DNA of 64,000 bases from Trichoplax adhaerens (Eukaryota; Animalia; Placozoa): the NCBI RefSeq assembly GCF_000150275.1, contig NW_002060951.1, forward strand, positions 126,775-190,774, in the 5' to 3' direction. Made by a program: the position numbers and the translations under genes. A model generated the notes under the pieces. That model made no database searches and was not told the DNA's origin. It was given only the letters and a program-made list of their open reading frames with translations. Positions 26,501 to 41,191 of the stretch are shown here, piece after piece; position 1 is the stretch's first letter; each line of letters opens with the position of its first letter.

Positions 26501-29500
26501 TTTACTTCCGGATGATAACTGTATAATTTTTCGTTCTGCATTAATTGATACTTACCAATGATTTCGTCACTTCGTCTGTAGCCCTAGAGGTGGTCTATAA
26601 AGATGGAAATCGTTATTTTAAATTGGATCGTGAAAGCATCGCTAAAGCAGTTCGTAACTTAACTTTAGATAGTGTATGGACAGCGAAATTTACGTGTTAT
26701 TTACTGCTGACATCAGGTTTACTGTCAGAATCGATTTGGTTTACCATGCAACTGGGCGATTGGAAAAATGCTTTAGTACTTGCTACACTATACGAGAAGC
26801 GGTATCAATTTTTTCAAGCGAACAAATTTGTATCTTTTGCAGAATTACCGAAACAATTGACAACAAGATACATTATTCAATCGCATATCGATTCAGCCTT
26901 GCATATTAACAAGAAAATTATCGAAGGTACTGTTGATAATTTTATGTGCTCATTCGAAATCTAATATCGTCATTCCATTGTATATATATATATATATCTA
27001 ACGTGCACACTAAATGTACTCTAATGTTATCTGGGCGACATTATGTAAGCGGGTATGTTATACTTGAGAAATAAGTAATGTAATGTTGCTATTTAGATTG
27101 TCTGCAATACTGATAAATAGTACGTCCTGATACTTTTCCAGTCATTTAATACGTTAAATGTTACATTCTTCAAGTTGCTATGCCTTGAAATGAGGGATTC
27201 ATGTTTTACTACGGAGCATTAATTTGCTCAAATACTGTAGCTAGCTTCCCTGCGCACGATGTAAATATAAAACATCACATAAAAATGATTGACTCTAGAT
27301 TTCGACTTTCTATATTAAATGTTTAAAGCGACAACTTTGAAGGCTGATTCTATTAAAAATAGCACTAAACATCAGACTTTAAATGTTAGTACAGTATACT
27401 ATTTGTAACATTTCTGTAATGTGATTCTTAGAATTTATTTATTAAATCTTCAATAAATGTGATCGAAACTCACTGATTTATTGCTTAATTAATTTCGAAA
27501 TTTATCCTAGCATTTTGCTAACATTTCATGTAAAGTAAAACGAAGTTATCCGATCGTGGTAATTAAGTAATGTATAGAAATTTTCGATATGAATCAATTT
27601 GATCAGTAAATTTCTTATATCTGTTTACAATTACAGAAACTAATGCAACAGCAAGTGAAGTTAATGACTCAAATGTTACTTCTTGTAGTGGTGAAGTAAT
27701 TAGTTCTGTTATTGCTGATGTTTTACAAATCTCCGCCTTGCTAAATCTGTCGGAAGTTGCTCCGTATACCTTATCTAGCCTAATCCGAGCACTGAAAAAT
27801 AAAATTTGTCAACTTGATATATTTGTTCCTGAAGAACTGTACTTACCAGCTCCGCCACTGTATTGTCCGCAGTTTTTGGATAATGAAGATGAAGTAAGTC
27901 TTAAATCTCTAACGGTGCAATTTTTCTAAGTTAGGTAACTGTTGAAATGTTTAGATGACATTCAGGGTAACTTTTATAAAGTCAGCTATTATCAGATTGG
28001 TTATTTGATACTTTGGGATGTTTGAAGTTTAGAAATTTCACTGTTGTATTAGGCATCTCCATTCACAAGCTCGGATACTGAATCTGTTTTCCGTACGATC
28101 ATATATAATAGCAGTCAACAATTACTGAATATTTATAGCTCATCACATTATATATCCGCCTGTACGAAATGGTATTGCCAAAAGATAGTTCGAGCTTATT
28201 TAATGAAGAATTTTTCTAATTCGCAAGAAAGTCACAACGATAGAAATGATTTGAATAATAATTCCGTACTTCTAGATACAAATATGTTAGAAACTCATAA
28301 TATACCGGCAACTCTTTCAAATTACGCTCTAGCTGAAGACAATCTTGCTACGATTTGGCTAGATCAATGTAATGATATAAATACATCTTCATCAAATGTT
28401 ACCGAAATCATAAATGCAATTAGTGTATTAAATTCTTTTCGACAACTCTGTATTCTACTCTGGTTGATGCATGTTCGAGATGAATTTTCTTTAAATTATC
28501 GTAAATTGATGGAAGGAAAAAATTTTTCATCATCTGCGGTAAGTAAATTATTAAAGTATCTTTGAAGCTAATATGAACCATAAATTAAATTTTTTAGTAT
28601 AACAAGGATCTTTTGATAATATTTAATTATTTAGAATGGGTTCAATATTGAAGATTTTCACCAACATTGCCTAGTAACGCTAAAGTGGTGCTTAATGCTA
28701 ATTCATTTTGCTGATTTGTTGCAAGATAAAGCGACGATATTGAATATCATGTTAAATATTTTAATAGAAATTCCTATTAGCCCTGTTCATGCTAAGATTT
28801 TGATGATGCACAAAGATGAATTTACTGATTCATCGACTTCATCAATGATTAGAAAGAAGTATTATCGCCTTATTAAAAATATTGAACGCCATGTTATTCA
28901 ACAAACACATGAAATACATATCACAACAGAAGAAGCATTAGCTACTTTAAGTGAGCAGAAACAAGATCAGTTTCAGAATGTAACCATAGAAAATTATCAA
29001 ATTCAGTTTGAAATCTGTGAAGGCCAAGATAGTCAATATAATCAAGCATCGGATTATATTACCCTTTGGCCATTCGAAATGGATAAGGATTATCTAGAGT
29101 TTTTAGATACATTCTTTTTGATAGCACTATCTAAAATACCAGAAATATCGACCACTACCAATATACCCGGCGTTGCAACACTTCCTCCTTTGCCATTGCT
29201 GTCCTTGTTTCGTAATCAAATTGCTGAATATCTGAACATTGTCGATGGGTATTACAACACCAAGCGTAACACCAAACAACGCTATCGGAAGACAAATTCA
29301 GGCAAAATCGACCCAAAAGACAGAATTTTACAGAAAACGGCCTCCTCCGCTGCTTTATTGCAAAATATATCAAAGTAAGAGTATTCGTGGGTTCATTTTA
29401 CGATATTTACAAAATTATTGTTATACTGTAAGTTTGACTTAAAATTAAACTTACAGGTAGCAAATGATTTAATGCTTATGAAACCTTCCGTAGTGCAGAG

Positions 29501-32500
29501 TTTTCTTTTTATATTATTGAGTCCTTCTAAATGCTATCCTCGTTTAAGAGACTATGAGATGATATTGTTCCATTTTCTATTCTTACTTTTTGTTTGTTTT
29601 AATCTATCATTAGTAATTGTGACTGTTTTAAAAGTGTTTTCACTTCTTTAAATTATATAGAAAAAGTCCACAATCTACTCCTCAATCAGCTAGAGGTCAC
29701 CGTTTACCTACTGGCGCTACTAAACAAAAAGTACAGCGGCAACGTAGCCGCAGTTTCGATGCCAGTGAGAAAGCTAGCCATAAAGGTAGAGCTATCTTAT
29801 AATTCATATCCTAGAATGTGAAGCTTCTGTTGAATTAAACATGTAATTAATAAACAATGATTATAAAGACGTTGATGGCATAGATATATTTTAATATAAT
29901 ATATTTGACATAATATCATCAAATTATTGTAGGAGCATTTATTCATCAAGTGCTGTTAGATGATGATTCTGCAGCTAACAGTGACGATAAATATCGGCAG
30001 GATAGTGAAAATGATTTAGAAAAAATACTGAATGGTCCGCTGTCATTACTGACTCCATTCGCTAAATGGTTGTTGAAATGGTCGGCAAAAAGTGAGCCTG
30101 GAGATATTCAGCGACTTAACATTGGCACTAATAGATGCCACCTGATTAGCATGAGAGTAATTTTGGATCTAGATATCGTACTAAATAGCCTTTGGCTGCT
30201 TGAGAATGGCTACCAAATTGACTCTTCTAGATTCAATGACGATGAAATTGTCCATGGTACTCATTTTATGGCAGAATCCTCAATTAAGACAGTAACGTCT
30301 GATGATTCTATGGCATCATCGTCACGATTACGAAGTGTATCACATCCTACTCCGATCCTGAATGCGCTAAACGTGCAAGATCATGACAGATCTGATGGTT
30401 TTGACTCTAAGCTTGATCTTAATCCCTCCTCAGTGTCTTCAATACCATTAACAAAGCTGTCACATGATGATTTATCCATGAAAGATATTGATTCTGTCAA
30501 AAGCGTAGACTTTTACAATGTTAACGAAGTTTTGGAACATGAGCAGCAAAATCATATTGATGACGGCGATGATGCAAACGACAATCTAATTCAGAATCCG
30601 TTAGATACAGAGAAACAATCTGCCTATTTTCATTTAAACACTGATTCAAGCGAGTCAGAATCTAATAACTTAAAAGGTGTTCTCACCAAGCAGATACAAA
30701 ATATAGAAAGAAAGGGTGATTTTCTAGCTATGAAGCAGCAAAATATTAGTGATAGTACTCGGTCTGAAGGTGGACAATTGCATAAAAGTAGTCAAACAAG
30801 GGAAAAAATATCAACATGCGAAATACCACCTACCGATGCTGATCAAGAGTTGAGCACATCGTTAGATGATCCAACTAAAAAATTGACAAATACCAAAAGT
30901 AATTCTAGTTCATTAACGGCTTCAACGCCTTTTCATCAAGCTATCACGACCGTTGATTTGTCACCTTCAACTTACCGATCGACAAATAATCAGGATGGCA
31001 CCTTAATTTTTTTCGATCGTACTGACAATAGTGCTGAAGAAAAGAAAATTATGGAACTTAATGATAGCGACAACCAATATCCAACTGTTATTGCAAAGAA
31101 AGAATTATCCAATGTTGACCAGGTCAATTTGGATAGTAGCGGTAAAAGGTTGGATTTAAATCCTGATCAATCTTCAAAATCTTATGGTGGCTTTCATCAG
31201 GAAGTAGACTACGACAAGGTGACAGACATAATGCCAACTTATGTAATGGCAGTCGATCAGATAGCGACAGACAGTAACTCAGATGTTTGTCATAGTAGGG
31301 ACAACAAAGTATTAAGTCCGACACATGGCAGGAAAATAACCAGGCAACATCAAGTCAAGAGCTCTTCTAGTGCTAACGAGCACTCTAGTACAATGAAACA
31401 GGAAATTTCAACATTACGACGATATAGTAAAAATTCTCAGGATCACAATAATAAATCTAAGAGTTACAATAGGAATGCACTGGTTACTAGTCACTATCGA
31501 AATAGTTTGCAACCTGATAATGATAGTGAAAGTGGGGAATGGAATAGTAGCAAAATCAAAGCAGCTTCAAGCAAATATCAAATTAGCAGAAACGTCAAAA
31601 GTAGTAATAAGGAATTTCACGACGATAGCGATGAAGAATGTACTTATCGTCAAGCAATTTTAAATCCTTTAAGCAATGGCACTACGGACAGCATTAAATT
31701 GAACACAGCAAAAATTATGCCAACCTCGAATAAAAATCAAGGCAATAAACTGTATCAGCACTCTGTTGAAGGTAATGGGCAGGAATCATGTCATGACCAA
31801 TTTTCGGATACCATGGAAAAAGACGAAGTAAAAATAACCCCTGATTCAGTTCAAAGAGTTGTTCGTGATGAAATGATTAGAGTTTTACAGGTATCGCTAT
31901 ATCATTACTCTAATAAAAATTTCAATCTTGAATTATAATTCTTTGTAAACTATATGTGCAGGATTTAGGCATTGAATGAATTTGACTTTATTAAAAATTA
32001 ATACAAATGATCATCCAAATTTTCAATAACAAGCTTTGAAATTTTCGATTTTATTAGATGCAAAATAGTAATTTAATGATGATGTTGCAAGGTGCTCAGG
32101 AAAGTGGGGCCCCATTATCAAAGCCAGCTTTAGGTATCTTTCAATATACCCTTACCTAAAGTTTCGATAAATAAATTTAAGTCGGTGTATGTCAAAGTAC
32201 CATTTCGTACTATTTTATCTATTCCCTATTTATTGATTAATTATTTGAATCAGACAATTAAGGTGCATTTTGCTATATCTAATAATACTAATTGTAAATT
32301 AGCATAATTAAGTAAGGTATTAAAAGTAACTGTTAGACTCTTAGGTCGAATGTTACGAGATAGTAGCCATCTAAAGGCGATTAGTTTCGAATTTCTCATA
32401 CTTATCATTTAAGAATGCGACTGTGAAAAATATTTTAAAATTAATTACCTACCTAGACGCTGACAATATCGGTATTGCTACCCAAAGTCGTCAATTTTCA

Positions 32501-35500
32501 GAAAGAGATAATGCAATAAAAGTAAGAAGGCTTCCTATATAGCTTAAAATTTTAATGATCTTGTTAAATTAATTTTAAAAAATTCATCGTCTCTTCCTCT
32601 GAAGAAATAGCAAGTGAATCTAGTTTTAATTTTGTAACCAAAGTTTTTTCAGCAGTGTAAAGTAGATCTATCCATATTATTTAGTAACCAATTAATTCAG
32701 AAAAATTTTTAATTCTGTGGGTAAAGGTTTGATTTTTTTTTTAGATCAATGATGATGAGAAAGAACATAAGAAATTTGAAACCAAAGTTGATGCATCAAC
32801 GAGTCCGATTTTATATCAAGCTAATGGAATAAGTCAACAGGAAGATGAGGATACAACTCGTAAAGATAGTTCAGATTCGAAATTATCAATCCGTACCCAA
32901 TCATTAAATGAAACAAGAAGTATTCAATCTAGCTGCCAATCAAGTATCAGAAAGACCGATTTAGTTCATTCTGCCGTATCTTCTGGTACTTTACCGCTTT
33001 TGCAAGCTAACATTGCAGATGATGAAGACGAGCAATTACCTCAGCTAGATTCGAATTCCCTAGTCTACTCTGGCATAAATTCGAAGCTAAATCAAGATCA
33101 CGGAGTATCTATGGCTCCATTGTACCATTTGCACAGTCATGATATTGCATTTGCGTCAAAAGAAGTAGAACTACCATTATTAATGGTGGATCCAAAACAA
33201 TTGAATAATCGAGTAAGCGAATACCGTTCTACATCATTAATTCAATCATATGATATTACTTCTATTCCTCGCCCCGAAGAAATAATCAAATCTGAACGCA
33301 CCGCTGAAAATTCTTATCCACTTTTACATGTCGATTTGGATACAGTCAATAATAATTATCCTAAACGTCAACCGCATAATAACAAGCGAAACACATTTGT
33401 CTCAACTTTGATACCTCCCGAGCAAATTTCAACCATAACTGACTGGAATAAAGTGCCCAGCAATTATTTGTTATCAAATGGTTTAAATGATGTTGAGTTA
33501 CTGAAATGCGATTTATCTTTATCCTCATTAAATCATAATGATAAGCTATTAAATGAAAAAGACCTCTCCAAAAAACAACCGGAAAAAATTAACGTTGATA
33601 CGAAAGAAGTTCAAATTGATAATAAAATAAATCATGAAATCACTGTTACAAGAAGAAAAAGACACCGGCAGCAAAATAAGGAAAATTTCCAATTTTTAAA
33701 TCAATTAGCCCTTGATAGCAAACCCATTCAATCAAATTCGCAAAATACGGCTACAATAGATAACGATTGTGTCAGCTCAAATCAGATTAAAGATTTAAAA
33801 GAGAAAAAAAATAAAAGAATATATAGAAAAGGTAAAAGAAGACATGCATATGCTTCGTCAGTTCCTAGTGAGTTTAATAATCAGCATGAAGAGCCTTCTT
33901 CTAATATTGAAATAATACTAGATCAACCAGGTCAAATTAGAGTTGGAAATGCAGTTATAACATTAAAACAAGCTAAGGTTACTTCTATTTCTGATGTTGA
34001 TATCAATGGCGCTGAGAAAAAATCAGGAGAAATTGACAATCTAAGTCTTCAGTTAAGCAATGTTAGTCAACAGTCCATACCTATCACAACCCCTGAACGG
34101 GAAGAAATGCAAGAGAAATTACTCAAAGATAAGGAAAAATTTCTAAACGATGTTTTCGATGGTCAAGTTCCTCTTGAATTAAAAAATATGGTACTCTTTG
34201 GCCAATCTGTAAAAGGTGAACAGGAGGCAGAAGATGAATTGGCAACAACTGAAGATGACGAAGTGCAATTAGCGAGCAATCAAGCTGAAATTGATCACTA
34301 TAATAAAGATGCTTGTGTTGGCCCAGATATAGCTGATGATTATAACATCTTATCATCAAAGGAAACCACTGAGGTACATACTCAAACAGAAAGTTCAGAA
34401 TCAAAAGCTAATGTAGCGGGAAATGGTATTCATTCAAAAATGGAAATCCATCATTTACTTGAAGAATACCCACAACAACCTCGTACTGCATCTAATGAAG
34501 TAATTAATCAAGATCAACAACCTATTAGTTATGTTTCCCCTGAGTTATTTCTTCACGGCAATAATCAAGCTACGAATTCATTGCTAACTTTACCTAAAAA
34601 CACTAAGGTAACGCTAATTTCTGCAGCTGATACAGTTAGCAGTAATCAATCTAGCCATGATGGAAAACAGCATCATTTTATTCATGTCGCTGATATACAC
34701 AGCGACCATCCAGAAAGTAATTTCATACCTGTTAGAACATTTAAGCCACCAGAATTAGCATCATCTCTGCAGCAAGATGTCGACAGATTGTTAGAGTCAA
34801 CCGATAGCGATAGCAAGTTAGACTTGCATAAAGACGGTAAATTCGATGATATTAAGACTAATGATATTGGTCCGGATGAAGCCACTATGTCAGCTTTCAA
34901 ATCTCTTGATGACATGATGAAATCGGTAAAGCCGATTGCCCCTTCGAGCGAAAATGACATACAAGTACGAGCTAAAACTGGATTACAACGGCATTTAGAA
35001 GGAATGAAATCACGTTTGGAAGCAATAGAAGAAATTACTCAAAATGTTACAAATCAATTTCAAGATGTTAAAGCGCTAGCAAAAACAATTGAACGACTAG
35101 AACAAGCTCGTCATCCTCAATTAAACATAGATAACGACGGAGAAGATGATAGCAATCCTATCCAAGTTACTACATTACTAGAACAACTCGGTCAAAAGCT
35201 GCAGCCAAAGATTGATCACAGTGACAGTAATCATATATCATTACAAGTCAATGCTTCTCCATCGACTTCATTATCCACCTCGAAAGACGTACTCTCGAAT
35301 GTGGCATTAGAAATTGAATCCAATGTGGAGCATCATGTCAGTGACGATAGAGGTAGTGAGGAAAGTTTTTCGTCGACTATTCAACTAAGTAGCAAATTGC
35401 CAACCGATCTTGCATCAATGATCAGTAAGCAGAGCCAGATTACTGACCAATCTCAAGATAATGTTCTGACCGCATATAACAGCGTAAAGAGTATAAAGGA

Positions 35501-37687
35501 GTCATTGCCTGAAGGTTCGTCTGATTTAAGATCGCTGTTTCCTGATTTGCAACAATCTCAAAGCAACGTTGATAATAAGGAAGAAAAAAGAAAGGAATTA
35601 CTAGCTTGGATGGCTAAGCGTCGTCAAGAACAAGCTATCAAATATAGGCAACATTTGGATGATTTAAAAGAGCGAGAAAACCCAAGTCATTTCAGATATA
35701 AAGATGGTAAGAAGAAAATGGGATATAAAGAAATTAAAGCTAGTCGAAAGAAGGAACTTCATCAGCGTAAGTTAAAAGAGAAGAAATATCAACAAACACG
35801 TTTTGAACTTGCTTTCCAATTAATGGGCGATATTGTTACTGAACCGGCGCCTAAGATACGCAAATACAATGAAGTCGTAAAATCATCAGTAAAATCATAT
35901 CAACGGAATGGACCAATAAAACAGAAAGCCAACAAATCTAATACCACTGAAAATAATGCAACGAAGAGATTAGAATCAGCATTTAAACTAATAGAAGACA
36001 TGCAGTTAACAGGACAAGAACAGCATATTATTGGCGAAGAAGGCGATGATATAGAAGATGAAGGTGCTCAGACTTTATCCAGTGAAGGGTATTCATTCGC
36101 TCCTTATGTTAATGATCACTTGCAGCAAGCGCTAGTGAAAAATAGAGCTCCATTTATTCGCAGTCAAGATCTTCATTTATCATTAAATCAACAACAAATC
36201 GAGGCCCTTCAGCGAGCTAAACAGTATTCACAAAGAATCGATAAGATTCAACAAGTACGAACTAAACGTGAAGAAGAACAATTAAAGAGTAAAACTGATA
36301 CCAATACGAAACCTCGTCTGCTATCTTCAACACCAGCAACACTAACTACTTCACAAGCTATTAATCCTAGAAAATCTTTAGCATCTCCTCAAAAAGTTAG
36401 AGGTAAATCACCGCTATGATATAGTGTTTTTATATTAATTAAATATGTTCCATATGATCCTAGAATCTGTGTTTATCTATTGTGATATTTTACCACAGAA
36501 TGGAGTACAAATTAGTTGTTTATCGGTAATAAATCATTATGAAACAGTTTTGTACAAAATAATGCGTACAAACTAACGTTGTAGCGCCTTTAGTACGCTC
36601 GTGCTCTTATGCAACTTAGAGCCATGTCGTCTCTAGTTAATTTACTATTTTGCGTCATAGTATTGTCTAGAATTGGAAAGAATGCAAGCTACGGATTACT
36701 AAAAAGCGATAGCGACATTTTACAGAATTGCGATTTTTCTGATTTTATGTCTTATATTCAGTTCAGATATACCATGAACCACTAGATACATTGTCGGTAA
36801 AGTACCTAGTGGTCCATGGATATACTAATTTTATAAGGACACCAAATAATCTCCAATATTATGAAAGTTGATAATACTGCACTATATAATTGCGCTTTAA
36901 GTAATATTTAAAACCATTATTAGAATATCTTTTAACTAATTTCTCTTTAAATAGTTGGTTTTACTACACCAGTTGGACGTTATAAGGCCTCGCAAGCAAA
37001 AAGAGAGAGGGCTAATCGCAACCAATCTTATGCAAAAACAAAGTCATCAAATAAAGCACGCGTACAACAAGATCTTCAACAATCGATTGAATCTGACATT
37101 GGTGGATGGGAAGCAAGTGACGTACAATATGACGATGTTAAAGAAATCTTGGTATGGCTCTTTTGAACAGGCCTTATTCTATCTTGACAGAAAATGTTTT
37201 CAATTGCAGTATACATAACTTTACACCTTTGTTTTTATCTCTTTTTTAGGCAAAAAATAATATCAATATCGATAACATTTCGTTAAGTAGTGGCAGTGTA
37301 AGCCAGTCAATTGACTGGAAAGCCGTAGATGCTATCTTAGCTGAAGATAGCAGCGTTATTGGCGGAAGTAATATCTCAAGTAACGATATTCATGGGTCTT
37401 CAATATTAAGCGGACCAACTTCGGAAGCACCAATCCGCTACGGCATCCAAGACCATGATTTAGTCTTAAGTTATAATCCTTCTGATGATTTCATTAAGTC
37501 TAACGTAGGAAAGGCTGCTCAGATTCGAGCCGATTATAATCACCCAGATCTTAAACAATATCATGTAGTTGGAAACTCCAGTAATATACGCGATACAGCC
37601 AGTATCAGATCAGTTAGTAGCATGAGTGGAAGTATAATGAGTAATATCGATTGGGATGAAGTAGATAAACTAATAGAAGATGCTTAA
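20573..37687 (+). CDS. CPLANE1: Ciliogenesis and planar polarity effector 1 (C5orf42/JBTS17) orthologue, ~22 exons, roughly 3,800 aa
   Basis: Exons 1-2 encode MLITLSVIASESFKSKKTWSRLVWPIQ-AKDSLYLLD...QKIPNL, matching the CPLANE1 N-terminus. Conserved blocks include GPSFYLPLHPL, QKFSVTVHPRLPRIITSDGY, QLGDWKNALVLA, YLPAPPLYCPQ, FRQLCILLWLMHVRDEFS, PFEMDKDYLEFLDTF and KRKELLAWMAKRRQE (Joubert-domain-like). The protein ends SIMSNIDWDEVDKLIEDA*. The long ORFs from 23898 to 36419 are exons of this single gene; the largest is ~32745-36402. Confidence 0.9.
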
Positions 37688-38713
37688 TAAAAATCATAAT
37701 TTTTTAAAAGATTAGGAATATGATAAAGATAAAGTAAACTAGCCTTTTAACAATTTTTTTGACATGGTGTAATATTGACATTTATACTTCGATACTGTAT
37801 GGCCATTCGAGAGTTTATTTCAAAATTTTAAATATACTACCTCAATTTAGCGGTACTGTAAAGTATAATCTGAATGAAAAAAATTGGGATATTTATTTAT
37901 GAGTACTCTAGAATTTTATGTTATAATGAATACAACTGCATATATTTATTTGGTTTGTATATTGATATGGTGAATGAAAATTGTTTATACAACCTGTAGT
38001 TGCGCTTTTTTGTTAAACTCTAAATAATAGTTAGATATTTAGAAGATTTCGACTTAGATGATTTCTAATTTAAGCTTTTAACACATTTTATTAAAATTAT
38101 ATAATAATTAAATAGATTAATTTTAGGCTATTTTAAATCTGATTCGACACCTGCCTGCAGTATTAAAAATTATAATTTTAGCTTTAAGGTTACCAAATGC
38201 GAAAACAAATATTGAAACTTTCTATACGATTGGATAATTTCCTTTTGTTTAGATGTAAACAATGTAAAATGTTAAGAATAAAGATATTATCAGTCCAAAA
38301 GAAATTTATGCTGTTCTGTATGAACTAAGACGTATTTGAGTAAAGCATTTTCAAGCTATGAGCTTCCTTTTATTGATTACTGTTATCGACAATGTTAAAA
38401 ATATACATTAAAATACCACAATGGAGAATCTTGAAAATGCTTCAGTTACATATCAACGCCAGTTATATATCACTCATTAAGAATAAGCGGTATAAAATTG
38501 TGAGTAAACTCGAAATTTTAATTACTGATGTCAAAAGTGTTCCATTACTGCAATACAACTTTACTCTAATATGTAAAACGTCAGAAGTGGTTCTGTTAGG
38601 CTGCTCTAATTGTATTATATTGCGTTTTACGGAGTAGATTCTGCATTCCCTATTAATGCAGTTAGGCAAGTCAATAAGTTAAGATATTCATCGTAGAGTA
38701 GAAGTTATTCTTA

Positions 38714-39766
38714 CATTGCATAATAAACAGTCTGACCATTCCATGGAGTACAACTATACGCATATCAAAGCACTGATCATGACCCAAAAAGTTACCTTTG
38801 AAATGATATAGCTTTGTTACATTATTCATATTGCAATAAGTTCAAACTGCTTCATAGATCAAATAGTCCTTGATCAAGTAAGCAGTTGTAATACAAAAGG
38901 TTACTCTTACCATCGGTAAAGGAATGTATGATTTGTCCTATGAAACAGTCCGATTTTATCCTTTATTAACATAGGAATCACTATAATTATACAAAAATTA
39001 TTCTCGCTGCTATACAAGCTCTTGATTCTATTTTTGTCACAATAATAGTAGTCCATCTAAATTATCATAGTTATTAGACTCAGCAGCCACGGAAACAATA
39101 GTATGTCTGAATGACTTCTGCCCTTTATTAGATTCTGTGCTGTCATCACTCCTGTCGCCATTAACAGTTGATTTTGTGTGAATGATTTATGCTTAAAGCC
39201 GTATGGAGTGGATCAAATCATGAGAATCCAGTCACTATAGCAACGTTGAATACGTAAAAACAATATGATAGCCAAGAGCAAACGATTATAATAAGAACAA
39301 ATAATGTCGATTTAAGGATACAATGACATTAGTATCAATAATAGCATGCTAATAATCAAGGCGACAGCAGGAATAATGAGACAATAGCAGTTACTCTCAT
39401 TTAAAGCAAATTTTAACGTATAAAGTAAATATTCTAGACTAATAAATCAGTACAACTTTTATGCTTTACATAGTCCAAAAGATCTTAACAAGGAAAATTT
39501 ACGGACTACTGTAGCAAATATAATCCTCTTAATGTTAGTTTACTTGATTTAACAATAACTAAGATGAGTCTCGATCTTAGATGTTAAATCATTTACAATT
39601 CAGTTCAGAATCAAATGATAATGACAAAATTTCTACATATACGTCGGTGAAGGCAACTACGATAAATGCGACAAGTTATATTAATCCCATCATTAAGAGT
39701 GAAGATATTTGATTTTCATTTTCTAATTTTGACATGCACAATCGATGTATAGCTAGGGGAAAGCCT
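38714..39766 (-). pseudogene. Possible decayed multi-exon membrane-protein gene
   Basis: AG/GT-bounded segments (~39643-39765, ~38911-38937, ~38715-38795) with hydrophobic translations broken by stops: GFPLAIHRLCMSKLENENQISSLLMMGLI*LVAFIVVAFTD, CLIIPAVALIISMLLLILMSLYP*, VTFWVMISALICV*. Confidence 0.25.
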
Positions 39767-41191
39767 GAAAATGTTCGAAAAAAAGTCAGCTCTAAGAGGT
39801 TTGTAATACTTGAAACGTTTTCATTTACATTATGAGCGCAGGAAGTTAGATTTTAAACATATACTGTAGAAGCGCAAGGTAAATAACTTAAAATGTTTAA
39901 CCTGAATTAGAAATGCAGACTAAGACTATACACTACAATTAATACGCCTACAGAATGGAGATACGTTTACTGATCTCACCAAATGTTAAAGCATCTTGAC
40001 ACACGGATATAAACATATAATATATCTAATCTAGTGCGAAATAATTAACTAGCAAATCCTATCCTATTACTTTGATAATACTAATGCTAAACTTAAAATG
40101 CTGATAGTTTTACATGTCGTCTAAGGCCATTTGAAAAAGGAAAGATTATGCGTGCAATTCTCGAATTTCTATAATCTTCAATAAAGTGAACGAGTATATA
40201 AGTTGATGTATTCATTTTATTTACAAAATAGTCTGTATATCAGAATGGCCGCGAATATAGCCTAACTCATTTACAAACTACGTAGTTATAGTATTTTTGG
40301 TTCATTTCCATACACAAATCATAAGTCTATTGATGATAGATTCATTCGCAGTAAATGTATCCTGACATACGAGTAGTAAGTGTAAGTTTTAACTTAGCCA
40401 TAACTTGAAATTAAAACCTTATATGTAGTAAATTACTTCGGGAAGAATACTATAGCCTATTAATTACTGGCCTGCGCTTAGTAGTACATTTACCAAATTC
40501 TATTTCGTAATTTTAAAATTCTAAAAATCTGTCGTTACAAACAGTAATAGTAATTTAATTTAATGAATCAACGTCCGTTATTGAATAAGCCGAAATCCTT
40601 TCATTAGAATTTGTAAAAGGTCATAACGAAATTAATCATAAACAGATTAATTTGGTTATGATATATAGTTAAAACGGGATAAATTATCATTCGATCAAAA
40701 TTCTATATAACCATCATCATAAATGAATCACGGCCATCAACTATCATAGAAACTGTTCCTTTCAATCCTAATAATTTTTTGTACTATAATTATTTACTGG
40801 TAAAATATTTTAGTATTACGATTATTTTTAGGAATAAAATTATCATTGGCCATAAAGCAAGACCTGTAGGGCTCAAAGTAGTAATTCATTGAGCTAAATC
40901 TTACTGCAATGAAACACAGCTTGAATAACTGCTGCTGCATTTTAGCATTTCTAGCATGAATTGTTTCAATCTTGAAACGGTCAGAATAATATATATTGGA
41001 CTTACTTACAACTACCTAACTTTTAAGTCAGTCAATTTTATGCTTCTTCTATTAAAATGTATTCATTAAAAAATAACAGTTGGGTTTTATTGGTTAATTA
41101 GTATATTAACGTTGTGTTATTAACTATAGTACCAAAGGTAGCGTACGAAAATCTACGTTTGATAAATTATCCGGCTGGGAAACCGATTCAG

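Noticed and set aside
24431-34960. Short antisense or alternate-frame ORFs inside CPLANE1 exons
   Set aside because: Shadow ORFs without independent coding evidence.
23898-36419. Treating the 420-, 662- and 1139-aa ORFs as separate genes
   Set aside because: They are bounded by in-phase splice sites and are exons of CPLANE1.
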